This document shows positions 49,875 to 59,067 of a stretch of DNA of 64,000 nucleotides, piece by piece. The stretch is from an uncultured Verrucomicrobiota bacterium (lineage in GTDB: Bacteria > Verrucomicrobiota > Verrucomicrobiia > Limisphaerales > DTLC01). The stretch is from positions 72,557 to 136,556 of the forward strand of contig CAZKTA010000001.1 of NCBI GenBank assembly GCA_964555645.1, in the 5' to 3' direction. Under the pieces are notes generated by a model. That model searched no databases. It was not told where the DNA came from and saw only the letters and a list, made by a program, of their open reading frames with translations. Numbering within the stretch: position 1 is the stretch's first letter; each line of letters begins with the position of its first letter. Made by a program: the position numbers and the translations under genes.

Positions 49875-51683
49875 ATGAGTGAATTAGATGAGAACAATTC
49901 ACGCGGTGTGCTAAATAGGCCGACAGATTTTATTCGTGAGATTATCGAGCGTGACATTGCTGAGGGCAGGTGCAAACGCGTACACACGCGTTTTCCACCC
50001 GAGCCGAATGGCTATCTGCACATCGGGCATGCAAAAAGCATCTGCCTAAACTTCGGCATCGCACGCGAGTTCGGCGGCATCTGCAATCTGCGGTATGACG
50101 ACACAAACCCCACTAAAGAAGAGGCCGAATTCGTGGATGCGATTTACGAGGATGTTCGGTGGTTGATTGCCGGTTGGGCAGATCATTGCCTTGGGCTAAA
50201 GCCGAAAGGCAAAACGCCCAACACAATAGTGACCGACGGCAAACCGGACTTTTATCTTGCGCCATCGGCTTTCGACTCACCGTGCTCGGGCGGCGTTGAA
50301 CCTTTCTACGCGTCAGACTATTTCGAGCAGCTCTACGAGTACGCAGTGCGGCTTATCAAAAAAGGAAAGGCTTACGTGTGTGATCACACACCCGAGGATG
50401 TAGACCGGATGCGCGGTGCGCCCGATAAACCAGGTAAAGAAAGCCTCTACCGCAATCGCAGCGTCGAGGAAAACCTCGACCTTTTCAGACGAATGCGCGA
50501 GGGCGAGTTCCCGGACGGCTCCCGTACATTACGCGCTAAGATCGATATGGCGTCGCCGAATGTGTGGTTGCGTGACCCTGTGTTATATCGTATTCGGCAT
50601 GCTGAACACCATCACACAGGCAACAAATGGTGTATTTACCCGACCTACGATTTTGCGCATTGCCTGAGCGATTATATAGAGGGGATTACGCACAGCATTT
50701 GCACGCTCGAGTTCGAAGTGCACCGGCCACTGTACGATTGGATTCTTGAGAACCTCGATTTACCACGGCCGCTGCCGCGCCAGTACGAGTTTGCGCGCCT
50801 AAACCTCAGTTACACTGTGATGAGCAAGCGTAAGCTCATGCAGCTTGTGACCGAAGGCATCGTGGACGGCTGGGACGACCCGCGTTTGCCGACGATCTGC
50901 GGGCTGCGCAGGCGGGGCGTCACAGCCGAGGCAATTCGTGCATTCGCCTACAACATCGGTATAACAAAATACAATGCGCTTACAGACGTGGCAGTGCTCG
51001 AGCACGCAATACGTGACGACCTGAACAAGCGTGCGTTGCGTAGGTTGACTGTGTTACAGCCGTTAAAGCTTGTGATCACAAATTATCCGAAAGGTAAGAC
51101 TGAACTCGTTAATGCTATAAACAACCCGGAAGACCCTGCCGCCGGCACACGCCAGGTACCGTTCAGTGGTGTGCTGTACATCGAGCGAGACGATTTCATG
51201 GAAAACCCGCCCCCAAAATATTTCCGGCTCAGACCCGGCGGCGAGGTGCGACTTAAGTATGCTTACATCATACGATGTGACGAGGTGATAAAAGATGCAG
51301 CTGGTAACCTAGTTGAGCTGCGTTGCACCGCTGATTTGGGCAGCAAAACAGGGGGCCCAACTGCAAGCCGAAAGGTCAAGGGCACAATCCATTGGGTTAG
51401 TGCCGAGCACGCGTTTGACGCCGAATGCAGACTCTATGACAGATTGTTTACGGTACCGGAGCCAGATGCAGAAGGCGATTCCAAAAAGTACATCAACCCA
51501 GATTCATTGCGGATCGTTACCGCCAAGTGCGAGCCTAGCCTGAAGGATGCAAAACCGGCCGAGCGGTACCAGTTCGAACGGCTTGGGTATTTTGCATTGG
51601 ACAAGGACAGCGGCGCAAGACTGGTTTTCAATCGCACGATAACACTCAAGGATACCTGGGCTAAAGAAGCGCAAAAAGGGTGA
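49875..51683 (+). CDS. glnS: Glutaminyl-tRNA synthetase
   Basis: Contains TDFIREII, the HIGH motif ([17 protein letters not shown]) and VMSKRKL (KMSKS-type). It is near-colinear with E. coli GlnRS as I recall it, apart from one insertion (see findings). Confidence 0.9.
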   Translation: MSELDENNSRGVLNRPTDFIREIIERDIAEGRCKRVHTRFPPEPNGYLHIGHAKSICLNFGIAREFGGICNLRYDDTNPTKEEAEFVDAIYEDVRWLIAGWADHCLGLKPKGKTPNTIVTDGKPDFYLAPSAFDSPCSGGVEPFYASDYFEQLYEYAVRLIKKGKAYVCDHTPEDVDRMRGAPDKPGKESLYRNRSVEENLDLFRRMREGEFPDGSRTLRAKIDMASPNVWLRDPVLYRIRHAEHHHTGNKWCIYPTYDFAHCLSDYIEGITHSICTLEFEVHRPLYDWILENLDLPRPLPRQYEFARLNLSYTVMSKRKLMQLVTEGIVDGWDDPRLPTICGLRRRGVTAEAIRAFAYNIGITKYNALTDVAVLEHAIRDDLNKRALRRLTVLQPLKLVITNYPKGKTELVNAINNPEDPAAGTRQVPFSGVLYIERDDFMENPPPKYFRLRPGGEVRLKYAYIIRCDEVIKDAAGNLVELRCTADLGSKTGGPTASRKVKGTIHWVSAEHAFDAECRLYDRLFTVPEPDAEGDSKKYINPDSLRIVTAKCEPSLKDAKPAERYQFERLGYFALDKDSGARLVFNRTITLKDTWAKEAQKG

Positions 51684-51717
51684 GGCGATCTCGGATTTAT
51701 TGTGCCCCCAAATGTTC

Positions 51718-53847
51718 CTAAGGCAGAGGTTTGAGCCCTTCCCAACGCACCTTCCATTTGCCATTTGTTGGAAACCCCGGCGCATGTGTTTGCGGGGCGC
51801 CGTCCCAACCGGCAGCCATCATGGCCACAGCGGTCAATAGACCGCCATTCGACGGGAAATACGGATACGGGCCGCCTGTGCTGAACCCGTTGGCCATAAA
51901 CTGGTTTTTCTGTGCCGGGTGCAACAACGCCTCGATCGCAAGCTCGGGTTCACCGCATCTTGCAGCGGTCATTGCCACAAGTGGAAAATCCCAACCCCAC
52001 GTTTTGCGCTCCCAGTCCCATGTTTGCCAGACCTTGCGCAGTGTTGCGCGCATCAGTTGTGGGTCTGCGCCGTCTCCAGGCAACATGCCGTACGGCCCGA
52101 GCAACGACGGATGTTCCCAGTTCCATTTGGTGTATGTGTCAATCATGCCTTCTTGAGCGATGTACACCCCATCGTGCACCGGTAAAGGCGCCAGGTTCGT
52201 GAGCACTTGGTCCCAGCCAGGGTCGCGTGGCAGGCCGAGTTTCTCGCGCCATTCCTGCGCCACGCGCAAGCCAAATCGCCAATAGGAAAGTTCAAATGTA
52301 GGGTTACGCGTTTTTCGCGGGTCGGTGTTTTCGGGTACGGTTATCAGTGGTGGCCCTAGGACAAAATGACCGGTGTTTTTATCGAACACAGCGAACGAAG
52401 CCATAAACTCGGCCGTCTCGAAAACTATCTCACGCCATTTTTCAAGCGTGGACCTTGTTGGGTGAAGCCTATAGTCCAGAAGCGCATAGTAAATTGGGTG
52501 TGGCTGTTGCCAGATAAGCAACGGACCAATGCCAGAGGGCGAGTCGCGGCCGTCAGGGCCAACCATCTTCGGCCAGCGGGCGCCGCGGTAACCTTGGCTT
52601 TGTGCAAGCCGGCGCGCCTGGGGGAGAATTTTCCTATACCAATCAAGACTACGCTCAAATAGGTCCCAGCGGCCCCATAGTGCAAAATGCACGCCGTGCC
52701 ACCAATGCATCTCGAGATGGAACTTGCCGTTCCAATGTGAGCTGTTGTTCACGAGCCCGCTTTCCTGTGGCGGCAGTGAGCCTGCGGCTTGAATTGCCAT
52801 TAAATACTGTGATAGCACAATTCGACGTTCCAGTTCGCGCCAGCGCGGGTCAGTGCTGCCGGATAGATCAATTGCGCCGCCTGAGTTCCAAAACCTGGGC
52901 CAGTGAGTTGCAGCGGCTTTTTTTACCACGGCAAAACTTGGCAAAGCCCCAAGGGCCGGTTTGGGTGAAAATGCGCATACAAAACGTAAGCGCCGACTAC
53001 TGTTGGTGGGTAAAAGCGAGAATGTATGGTTATTGACTTGTTCGAGTTGGGCGACGCCTTCCCAGGTCAAGCTCACAAAATAGGCGTCGTCGTCGAGTTT
53101 GCGGTCGAAATCCACCCGGTTTTGTGCGCGTTGTCGGACTATTGTCTGGTGCGCTTGCGGTTTGGACCAATCTGCACCCGAGTTGTCCGGGCTGGCATAC
53201 GGGAATGCGAGTGTAACACCTGCCCGGCCCGCCGATATGAGGGGAGAATCGATCTGAACAGCAACAATGTCGCGTTGGGGGTGGCAACAGGTCTGCACTT
53301 TCACCGGCACGCCTTCGACTTTGTACGTGCTTAAAATAAGGCCGCGCCATAGATCAAGTTTTTGGTGGGGTTCGCTGATGTCGCTTAGTTGAGCATGTGT
53401 GCCGTCAATTTTTTTGATCCACAAGCTAAGTTTACCGAGATTAAACCGATGTGGGTTTTGACGCAGCCACCAGAAGATGGTTTCTTGACCTTTGGAGCTG
53501 GTAGCATAGCCAACCTGTCTGCCGTATGTGTCGTAGAGTTCGAGCTTGAAGTCTTGTGGGTTTAAACCTTCCGGTAACGGAGCTGTGTGCCAGCCCCAGT
53601 GCGACATTGTGTTTGCTGGCAAAAATGTTTGCAGGCCGGTTATGTCAACGCTAAATGCAAACTCGCCGTTGCCAACCTGTAGTGGTGTTTGTGGATCGGC
53701 ATTTGTTATGACAACGTTGTGTCGGGTTACAAGAGCGTACCTGTCAATGTTTGCTTTTTGTTTGCAATAGCCTGTTGATGGTCCCAGACTAAATAGACCG
53801 ATACACAAAACCCAGACATGCCCGATTTGAAGTTTGCACTTGTTCAT
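51718..53847 (-). CDS. Secreted large protein, probably a six-hairpin-type glycoside hydrolase of unassigned family
   Basis: 709 aa with a signal-like N-terminus MNKCKLQIGHVWVLCIGLFSLG. It is W/H-rich (HWNGKFHLEMHWWHGVHFALWGRW). The family assignment is only a guess from composition and size. Confidence 0.45.
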   Translation of the reverse strand: MNKCKLQIGHVWVLCIGLFSLGPSTGYCKQKANIDRYALVTRHNVVITNADPQTPLQVGNGEFAFSVDITGLQTFLPANTMSHWGWHTAPLPEGLNPQDFKLELYDTYGRQVGYATSSKGQETIFWWLRQNPHRFNLGKLSLWIKKIDGTHAQLSDISEPHQKLDLWRGLILSTYKVEGVPVKVQTCCHPQRDIVAVQIDSPLISAGRAGVTLAFPYASPDNSGADWSKPQAHQTIVRQRAQNRVDFDRKLDDDAYFVSLTWEGVAQLEQVNNHTFSLLPTNSSRRLRFVCAFSPKPALGALPSFAVVKKAAATHWPRFWNSGGAIDLSGSTDPRWRELERRIVLSQYLMAIQAAGSLPPQESGLVNNSSHWNGKFHLEMHWWHGVHFALWGRWDLFERSLDWYRKILPQARRLAQSQGYRGARWPKMVGPDGRDSPSGIGPLLIWQQPHPIYYALLDYRLHPTRSTLEKWREIVFETAEFMASFAVFDKNTGHFVLGPPLITVPENTDPRKTRNPTFELSYWRFGLRVAQEWREKLGLPRDPGWDQVLTNLAPLPVHDGVYIAQEGMIDTYTKWNWEHPSLLGPYGMLPGDGADPQLMRATLRKVWQTWDWERKTWGWDFPLVAMTAARCGEPELAIEALLHPAQKNQFMANGFSTGGPYPYFPSNGGLLTAVAMMAAGWDGAPQTHAPGFPTNGKWKVRWEGLKPLP

Positions 53848-53912
53848 AAGCGGCTAAATAGCTTAGTTATTGAAGCGAACCGGGCGCACGCATAAAATTT
53901 GCCAAAAACCTG

Positions 53913-53940
53913 TTGACATAGGGTTAGGTGCTGGTATTTT
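53913..53940 (+). promoter_or_regulatory. Putative sigma-70 promoter for the tRNA-Thr/tuf unit
   Basis: TTGACA (53913..53918), a 16-nt spacer, then TATTTT (53935..53940), about 110 nt upstream of tRNA-Thr. Confidence 0.35.
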
Positions 53941-54048
53941 TGTTTGGTCTTTGGACCCGGAAAAACGAGAGCATGTGACTGTCCCTCGCTTTAAGCAAAG
54001 AGAGCGAGGGGGGAGGGAAAGGTTTATGCTCGATATGTGTTTTAACGT

Positions 54049-54124
<76 letters not shown>

Positions 54125-54190
54125 TGTCGTTTTCCGGGGTAAGTAAACTATAAACGAGACGGGAACCAAAACTTAACTCAGGAGATAACG

Positions 54191-55381
54191 ATGGCAAAAG
54201 AGCAATTCCAGCGGACAAAACCGCACGTGAACGTTGGGACGATTGGTCATATTGACCATGGTAAATCGACCCTTACGGCTGCCATTACTAAGGTCCAAGC
54301 CAAGAAAGGCTTGGCCGAAGTAAAGAGCTATGCCGAAATTACCAAGGGCGGCACAGTTCGGGACGAGACAAAAACTCTTACGATTGCAATTTCACATACT
54401 GAATACCAAACAGAAAAACGGCATTACGCACATATAGACTGCCCTGGGCACGCCGACTACATCAAGAACATGATCACTGGTGCGGCCCAAATGGACGGGG
54501 CGATTCTGGTGGTTGACGCTGCTGAGGGGCCGATGCCGCAGACGCGCGAGCATATCCTGCTGGCTCGGCAGGTGGGTGTACCTGCAATAGTGGTGTATTT
54601 GAACAAGGTTGACCTGGTTGACGACAAGGAACTGCTTGATCTAGTAGAGCTTGAGATTCGCGATTTGCTCAACAAGTACCAGTTCCCCGGCGACAAGACA
54701 CCGATTGTTCGTGGCAGTGCAAAGAAAGCGCTCGCAGGCGACCCTGAGGCGGAAAAATCAATAGAGGAATTGCTAAATGCAATTGACGAATTCATCCCAT
54801 TGCCGGTTCGAGAAGTTGACAAGCCGTTCCTGATGAGCATCGAGGACGTGTTTAACATTGAAGGTCGCGGCACGGTTGTTACCGGGCGCGTCGAACGCGG
54901 GATTTTGCGCCGCATGGATGAAGTCGAGATAGTGGGTTTGCGTGAGACACGCAAGACAGTTGCAACCGATATAGAGATGTTTCGCAAGATTCTCGATTCG
55001 GCGCAAAGCGGCGACAATGTTGGTGTGCTGTTACGCGGAATTAAAAAGGACGAGGTCGAACGTGGCATGGTACTGGCCAAGCCCGGCTCGATTACGCCAC
55101 ATACACATTTCAAGGCAGAAGTGTACGTGTTGTCAAAAGAGGAAGGCGGCAGGCACACACCATTCTTTAACGGGTACAGGCCGCAATTTTACTTCCGCAC
55201 GACCGACGTGACGGGCACGGTTGCGTTGCCTTCCGGCATTGAAATGGTAATGCCGGGTGACAACGTGTCGCTTGAATGCAAGGTTATTGCGCCGGTCGCA
55301 CTTGAGCGCGGCCAACGATTCGCAATACGCGAAGGCGGTCGAACGATTGGTGCTGGGCGCATAACTGAGATAATTGCGTGA
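54191..55381 (+). CDS. tuf: Elongation factor Tu
   Basis: Contains [17 protein letters not shown] and NKVD. An AGGAG RBS lies 8 nt upstream. Confidence 0.97.
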   Translation: MAKEQFQRTKPHVNVGTIGHIDHGKSTLTAAITKVQAKKGLAEVKSYAEITKGGTVRDETKTLTIAISHTEYQTEKRHYAHIDCPGHADYIKNMITGAAQMDGAILVVDAAEGPMPQTREHILLARQVGVPAIVVYLNKVDLVDDKELLDLVELEIRDLLNKYQFPGDKTPIVRGSAKKALAGDPEAEKSIEELLNAIDEFIPLPVREVDKPFLMSIEDVFNIEGRGTVVTGRVERGILRRMDEVEIVGLRETRKTVATDIEMFRKILDSAQSGDNVGVLLRGIKKDEVERGMVLAKPGSITPHTHFKAEVYVLSKEEGGRHTPFFNGYRPQFYFRTTDVTGTVALPSGIEMVMPGDNVSLECKVIAPVALERGQRFAIREGGRTIGAGRITEIIA

Positions 55382-55473
55382 AAGAACAAAGCCTGATGAA
55401 CGCGGAAGGTGCAGGTGGATCATGTCCCGACCCGAGGCACATCGAAAATGATGATGATATATTTTGGTGGTAC

Positions 55474-55549
55474 AGGGCGGTAGCTCAATTGGTAGAGTAG
55501 CGGTCTCCAAAACCGCCTGTTGTGGGTTCGAGTCCCTCCCGCCCTGCCA
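55474..55549 (+). tRNA. tRNA-Trp (anticodon CCA), CCA encoded
   Basis: 76-nt cloverleaf with acceptor AGGGCGG/CCGCCCT and anticodon loop CTCCAAA. The T-stem has one U-U mismatch in my hand fold. Confidence 0.9.
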
Positions 55550-55564
55550 GCACAGTTTAAGCCT

Positions 55565-55657
55565 GGAGAGGTGGCAGAGCGGTTGAATGCGGCGGTCTTG
55601 AAAACCGTTACCCCGACAGAATCGGGGTCGGGGGTTCGAATCCCTCCCTCTCCGCCA
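55565..55657 (+). tRNA. tRNA-Ser (anticodon UGA), CCA encoded
   Basis: 93 nt with acceptor GGAGAGG/CCTCTCC, anticodon loop CTTGAAA, a long variable arm (CCCCG..CGGGG) and T-loop TTCGAAT. Confidence 0.9.
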
Positions 55658-55671
55658 GTAAAACCCGGAAA

Positions 55672-55929
55672 ATGAAAGAATTAACCAGCGTGCTGATATG
55701 GGCGGGATTGATCCTGGTGGTTTTTGCGTATTTATGGTGGAAAGGCCACCTGGCGCGGCTGGGTGCGTACTTGCGCGAGACACGCGAAGAACTGCGCAAG
55801 TGTACCTGGCCGACTTGGGACGAACTCAAGGGTGCAACTGTTGTAGTTGCGATCTCGATAGTTTTGTTGGGCGGGTTCACTGTTCTTGCAGATTTTGTGT
55901 TTAACGTGTTGGTTCATATGCTGATGTAA
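55672..55929 (+). CDS. secE: Preprotein translocase subunit SecE
   Basis: 85 aa. It contains RETREELRKCTWPTWDEL followed by a TM helix, and sits in the canonical position before nusG. Confidence 0.9.
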   Translation: MKELTSVLIWAGLILVVFAYLWWKGHLARLGAYLRETREELRKCTWPTWDELKGATVVVAISIVLLGGFTVLADFVFNVLVHMLM

Positions 55930-55945
55930 CGGTCCTGGTGACACA

Positions 55946-56494
55946 ATGCGAAGCCAGTGGTTTGTCATCCATACGCTTTCCGGCCAGGAACAGAAGGTCA
56001 AGGAGAGCATCGAGAAACGCGTCAAGACCGACGAAATGCAGGATTACATTAAAGAGGTGCTTGTGCCGATGGAACGTGTGGTCGAGGTGCGTAACCAGAA
56101 AAAAACTGTCTCGATGCGTAAGCTTTGGCCGGGGTATGTTTTTATCAACATGGTATTATTGGATGACAACAACCGGATCATAGAAAAACCGTGGTATTTT
56201 GTAAAAGAAACACCTGGTGTAATCGGGTTTGTGGGTGGCGACCCGCCTACGCCGACCTCGGATGAAGAGGTCGAGCGTATAAAGGCGCAGATTGCTGCAT
56301 CGGAAGAGACCGAGAAACCAAAGATCACATTTGAAGTGGGTGAGACAGTCAAAATCAACAATGGCCCATTTTTAAATTTCAGTGGAGTGATCGAGGAGGT
56401 TGACCCTGAACGTGGTCGGCTGAAGGTCACAGTGAACATATTTGGCCGTAATACACCTGTTGAGCTAGAATACTGGCAGGTCGAAAAAGGCTAA
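55946..56494 (+). CDS. nusG: Transcription termination/antitermination factor NusG
   Basis: Starts [14 protein letters not shown]. It has a KOW block ([24 protein letters not shown]). Confidence 0.95.
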   Translation: MRSQWFVIHTLSGQEQKVKESIEKRVKTDEMQDYIKEVLVPMERVVEVRNQKKTVSMRKLWPGYVFINMVLLDDNNRIIEKPWYFVKETPGVIGFVGGDPPTPTSDEEVERIKAQIAASEETEKPKITFEVGETVKINNGPFLNFSGVIEEVDPERGRLKVTVNIFGRNTPVELEYWQVEKG

Positions 56495-56577
56495 GGACGG
56501 ATTTTGTGGTGTGGGCCGCTTGTGGATTGAGCAAAGGTCTTGGCCCGCAGGCGGTGCTTCAGATTGATGGACTTAAC

Positions 56578-57003
56578 ATGGCAAAGAAGGTTATAGCACA
56601 GATAAAATTGCAAATACCGGCTGGGCAGGCAAACCCGGCGCCGCCGGTTGGGCCGGCTCTAGGTCAGCACGGCGTCAACATCATGGCTTTTTGTAAGGAA
56701 TTCAATGCAGTAACAAAAAACGATGTCGGTTTAATCATTCCTGTTGTTATAACAGTTTACCAGGACAAATCGTTCACTTTCATTACGAAGTCGCCGCCCG
56801 CATCTGTTTTACTAAAGCGCGCAGCTGGCATAACGGCAGGCTCGGGTACACCCAACAAGGAAAAGGTAGGCAAGGTAACGCGGCAACAGGTGTTGGACAT
56901 AGTCAAAATGAAACGCAAAGACCTCAATGCAACCAGCGACGAGGCTGCGTTTAGGATAATAGCGGGTACAGCAAAGAGCATGGGAATCGAAATTGTTGAT
57001 TGA
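56578..57003 (+). CDS. rplK: 50S ribosomal protein L11
   Basis: ORF 56506..57003 trimmed to [36 protein letters not shown]. Confidence 0.95.
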   Translation: MAKKVIAQIKLQIPAGQANPAPPVGPALGQHGVNIMAFCKEFNAVTKNDVGLIIPVVITVYQDKSFTFITKSPPASVLLKRAAGITAGSGTPNKEKVGKVTRQQVLDIVKMKRKDLNATSDEAAFRIIAGTAKSMGIEIVD

Positions 57004-57059
57004 ACGTCTTGACTATAGGAAACGGTGGTGAGTTTTGAGCCGGCCAATTCCACAATCAA

Positions 57060-57758
57060 ATGCGTAGCAAACGATACAGAAAAGCGCTCGAGCTGGTGGA
57101 TAGTAACAAGTTGTATCCACTCAGTGCGGCTGTAGAATTGTTGACCAAGTTGCCAAAAGCACGGTTCGACGAGACGGTCGAGCTTGCTTTTCGGCTCAAC
57201 GTTGATCCGAAACAGTCAGATCAGAACGTGCGGGGCACTGTCACGCTGCCGCACGGCACCGGCAAGACAGTCCGTGTGCTAGTGTTTGCCAAGAGCGGTG
57301 AGGCAGCCGATGCCGCCCGAGCTGCTGGGGCTGAATACGTCGGGTTTGAAGACATGATCAAGAAATGCCAGGAAGGCTGGGCGGATTTTGACGTTGCGAT
57401 TGCCACCCCGGAAGCAATGGCCGAGGTCCGAAAGCTTGGCAAAATTCTTGGCCCGCGCGGTTTAATGCCAAATCCAAAGACCGGTACGGTTACTGATGAC
57501 ACCGCCAAAGCCGTAAAGGAAGTCAAGGCGGGTCGTGTCGAATTCAAAGTCGACAAGGGCGGCAATGTGCACGTGCCCGTTGGCAAGCTATCATTTGGCG
57601 CGGTGAAACTTGTTGAAAACGCCCGTGCTGTGATCGAGGCGGTTGCAAAAGCAAGACCGGCGGCGGTCAAAGGCACGTACATTTGGAATTGTACAATTTC
57701 GGCCACCATGAGTCCACCTTTACACTTGGATTTGAAAGAGTTTGCGAACGTACGTTAA
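57060..57758 (+). CDS. rplA: 50S ribosomal protein L1
   Basis: Contains [26 protein letters not shown] and [15 protein letters not shown]. Confidence 0.95.
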   Translation: MRSKRYRKALELVDSNKLYPLSAAVELLTKLPKARFDETVELAFRLNVDPKQSDQNVRGTVTLPHGTGKTVRVLVFAKSGEAADAARAAGAEYVGFEDMIKKCQEGWADFDVAIATPEAMAEVRKLGKILGPRGLMPNPKTGTVTDDTAKAVKEVKAGRVEFKVDKGGNVHVPVGKLSFGAVKLVENARAVIEAVAKARPAAVKGTYIWNCTISATMSPPLHLDLKEFANVR

Positions 57759-57775
57759 AGACAGCCGAGCTGACT

Positions 57776-58288
57776 ATGCGCGCTGAAAAAAAGATTCTGA
57801 CCAAACAATACCTCGAGCGGCTTAACAACGCGCCCTTTTTCATTGTAGTGAATTACCAGGGCTTGAAAGTTGGGCCAATGAACGAACTGCGTCGGCGTCT
57901 TGCAAAGGCTGGTGCAGAAATTCATGTGGTTAAGAACTCGGTTTTCAGGCAGGCATTGCGCGAAGCCGGTTTGCCTGACCCTGGCGGTATGCTGACTGGA
58001 CAACTGGCGGTTGTGACCGGCCAGAAAGACATTTCTGCGGCTGCTAAGGTTATAAAAACGTTTGCTGCCGAGTTTGAGCGACCCAAGATGAGGTTTGGAT
58101 ATTTGAACAACCAGCAGCTTGATGAATCTGCCTTGAGCATGTTAGCAGATCTACCGTCTGTGGAGACTTTACGGGCTACATTGCTTGGGTTGTTGAACGC
58201 ACCTGCGACAAATCTTGTCAGGTTGCTAAACACGCCCGCCGGCCAGCTTGTGCGTGTATTGCAGGCGCGTGTGGACAAGACCGGTTGA
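57776..58288 (+). CDS. rplJ: 50S ribosomal protein L10
   Basis: ORF 57683..58288 overlaps rplA, so I trimmed it to MRAEKKILTKQYLERL (ATG 57776). The body is L10-like (LRRRLAKAGAEIHVVKN). Confidence 0.9.
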   Translation: MRAEKKILTKQYLERLNNAPFFIVVNYQGLKVGPMNELRRRLAKAGAEIHVVKNSVFRQALREAGLPDPGGMLTGQLAVVTGQKDISAAAKVIKTFAAEFERPKMRFGYLNNQQLDESALSMLADLPSVETLRATLLGLLNAPATNLVRLLNTPAGQLVRVLQARVDKTG

Positions 58289-58436
58289 GTAATTATAATT
58301 TTAGGTCCGGGCTGCCGTAGGTCGGGCAGCCGGATTTCAGCCGAGAATGAACGAAAAGTAAATCGTCGGTTCGGAAATAACGAACTTAAACCATTCCCGA
58401 ATGGCGTGGGGATGACGACGACACTGAAAGGTAACC

Positions 58437-58832
58437 ATGGCACTAGACAAAGCACGAATAGTTGAAGAACTAAGCAATGCTACGGTAATTGAGATTGCCG
58501 AGCTTGTTAAGGAACTAGAAAACAAATGGGGTGTAAGCGCTGCTGCACCTGTGGCAGTTGCTGCAGCTATACCTGCGGGTGGCGCAGCGCCGCAACAGGC
58601 TGCTGCTGAAGCTAAGACAACGTTCGACGTGATCCTTGCTTCGTTCCCGTCGGACAAAAAAATAGCCGTCATCAAGGCTGTCAGGGAAGTCAAGGCTGGG
58701 CTTGGCTTAGCTGAAGCAAAAGCCTTGGTTGAAGGTGCGCCCAAGCCGGTGCTTGAAGGTGTACCGAAAGCTGATGCCGAGGCTGCCAAGAAGAAACTTG
58801 AAGAAGCAGGTGCCAAGGTCGAGTTGAAGTAA
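58437..58832 (+). CDS. rplL: 50S ribosomal protein L7/L12
   Basis: Contains an Ala-rich hinge, then [29 protein letters not shown]. Confidence 0.95.
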   Translation: MALDKARIVEELSNATVIEIAELVKELENKWGVSAAAPVAVAAAIPAGGAAPQQAAAEAKTTFDVILASFPSDKKIAVIKAVREVKAGLGLAEAKALVEGAPKPVLEGVPKADAEAAKKKLEEAGAKVELK

Positions 58833-59067
58833 GGTGGAGTTGCTTTTTGGTGGTTGTAGCGCTTGCGGGATGCGACCAAGTGCGGCAACCGCCACGCCGG
58901 ATAGGCATATTGGACGCTATATTGCGTCTGGAACAACAAGCTAGACCAGCTATTGCGGTAGTTGGTGGTGAACGGGCAGTCCCGCTCCGAAAAAGTGGGA
59001 AGCTGCCTGAGTGGGTTTTTGTGTCCCAACACCATTGCTGCAATACCTGACTCAACCAGTACAGAAA

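Noticed and set aside
55133-55783. A 216-aa minus-strand ORF spanning the end of tuf, tRNA-Trp, tRNA-Ser and the start of secE.
   Set aside because: It runs through two well-folded tRNA genes and overlaps conserved genes, and its translation has no recognisable features.
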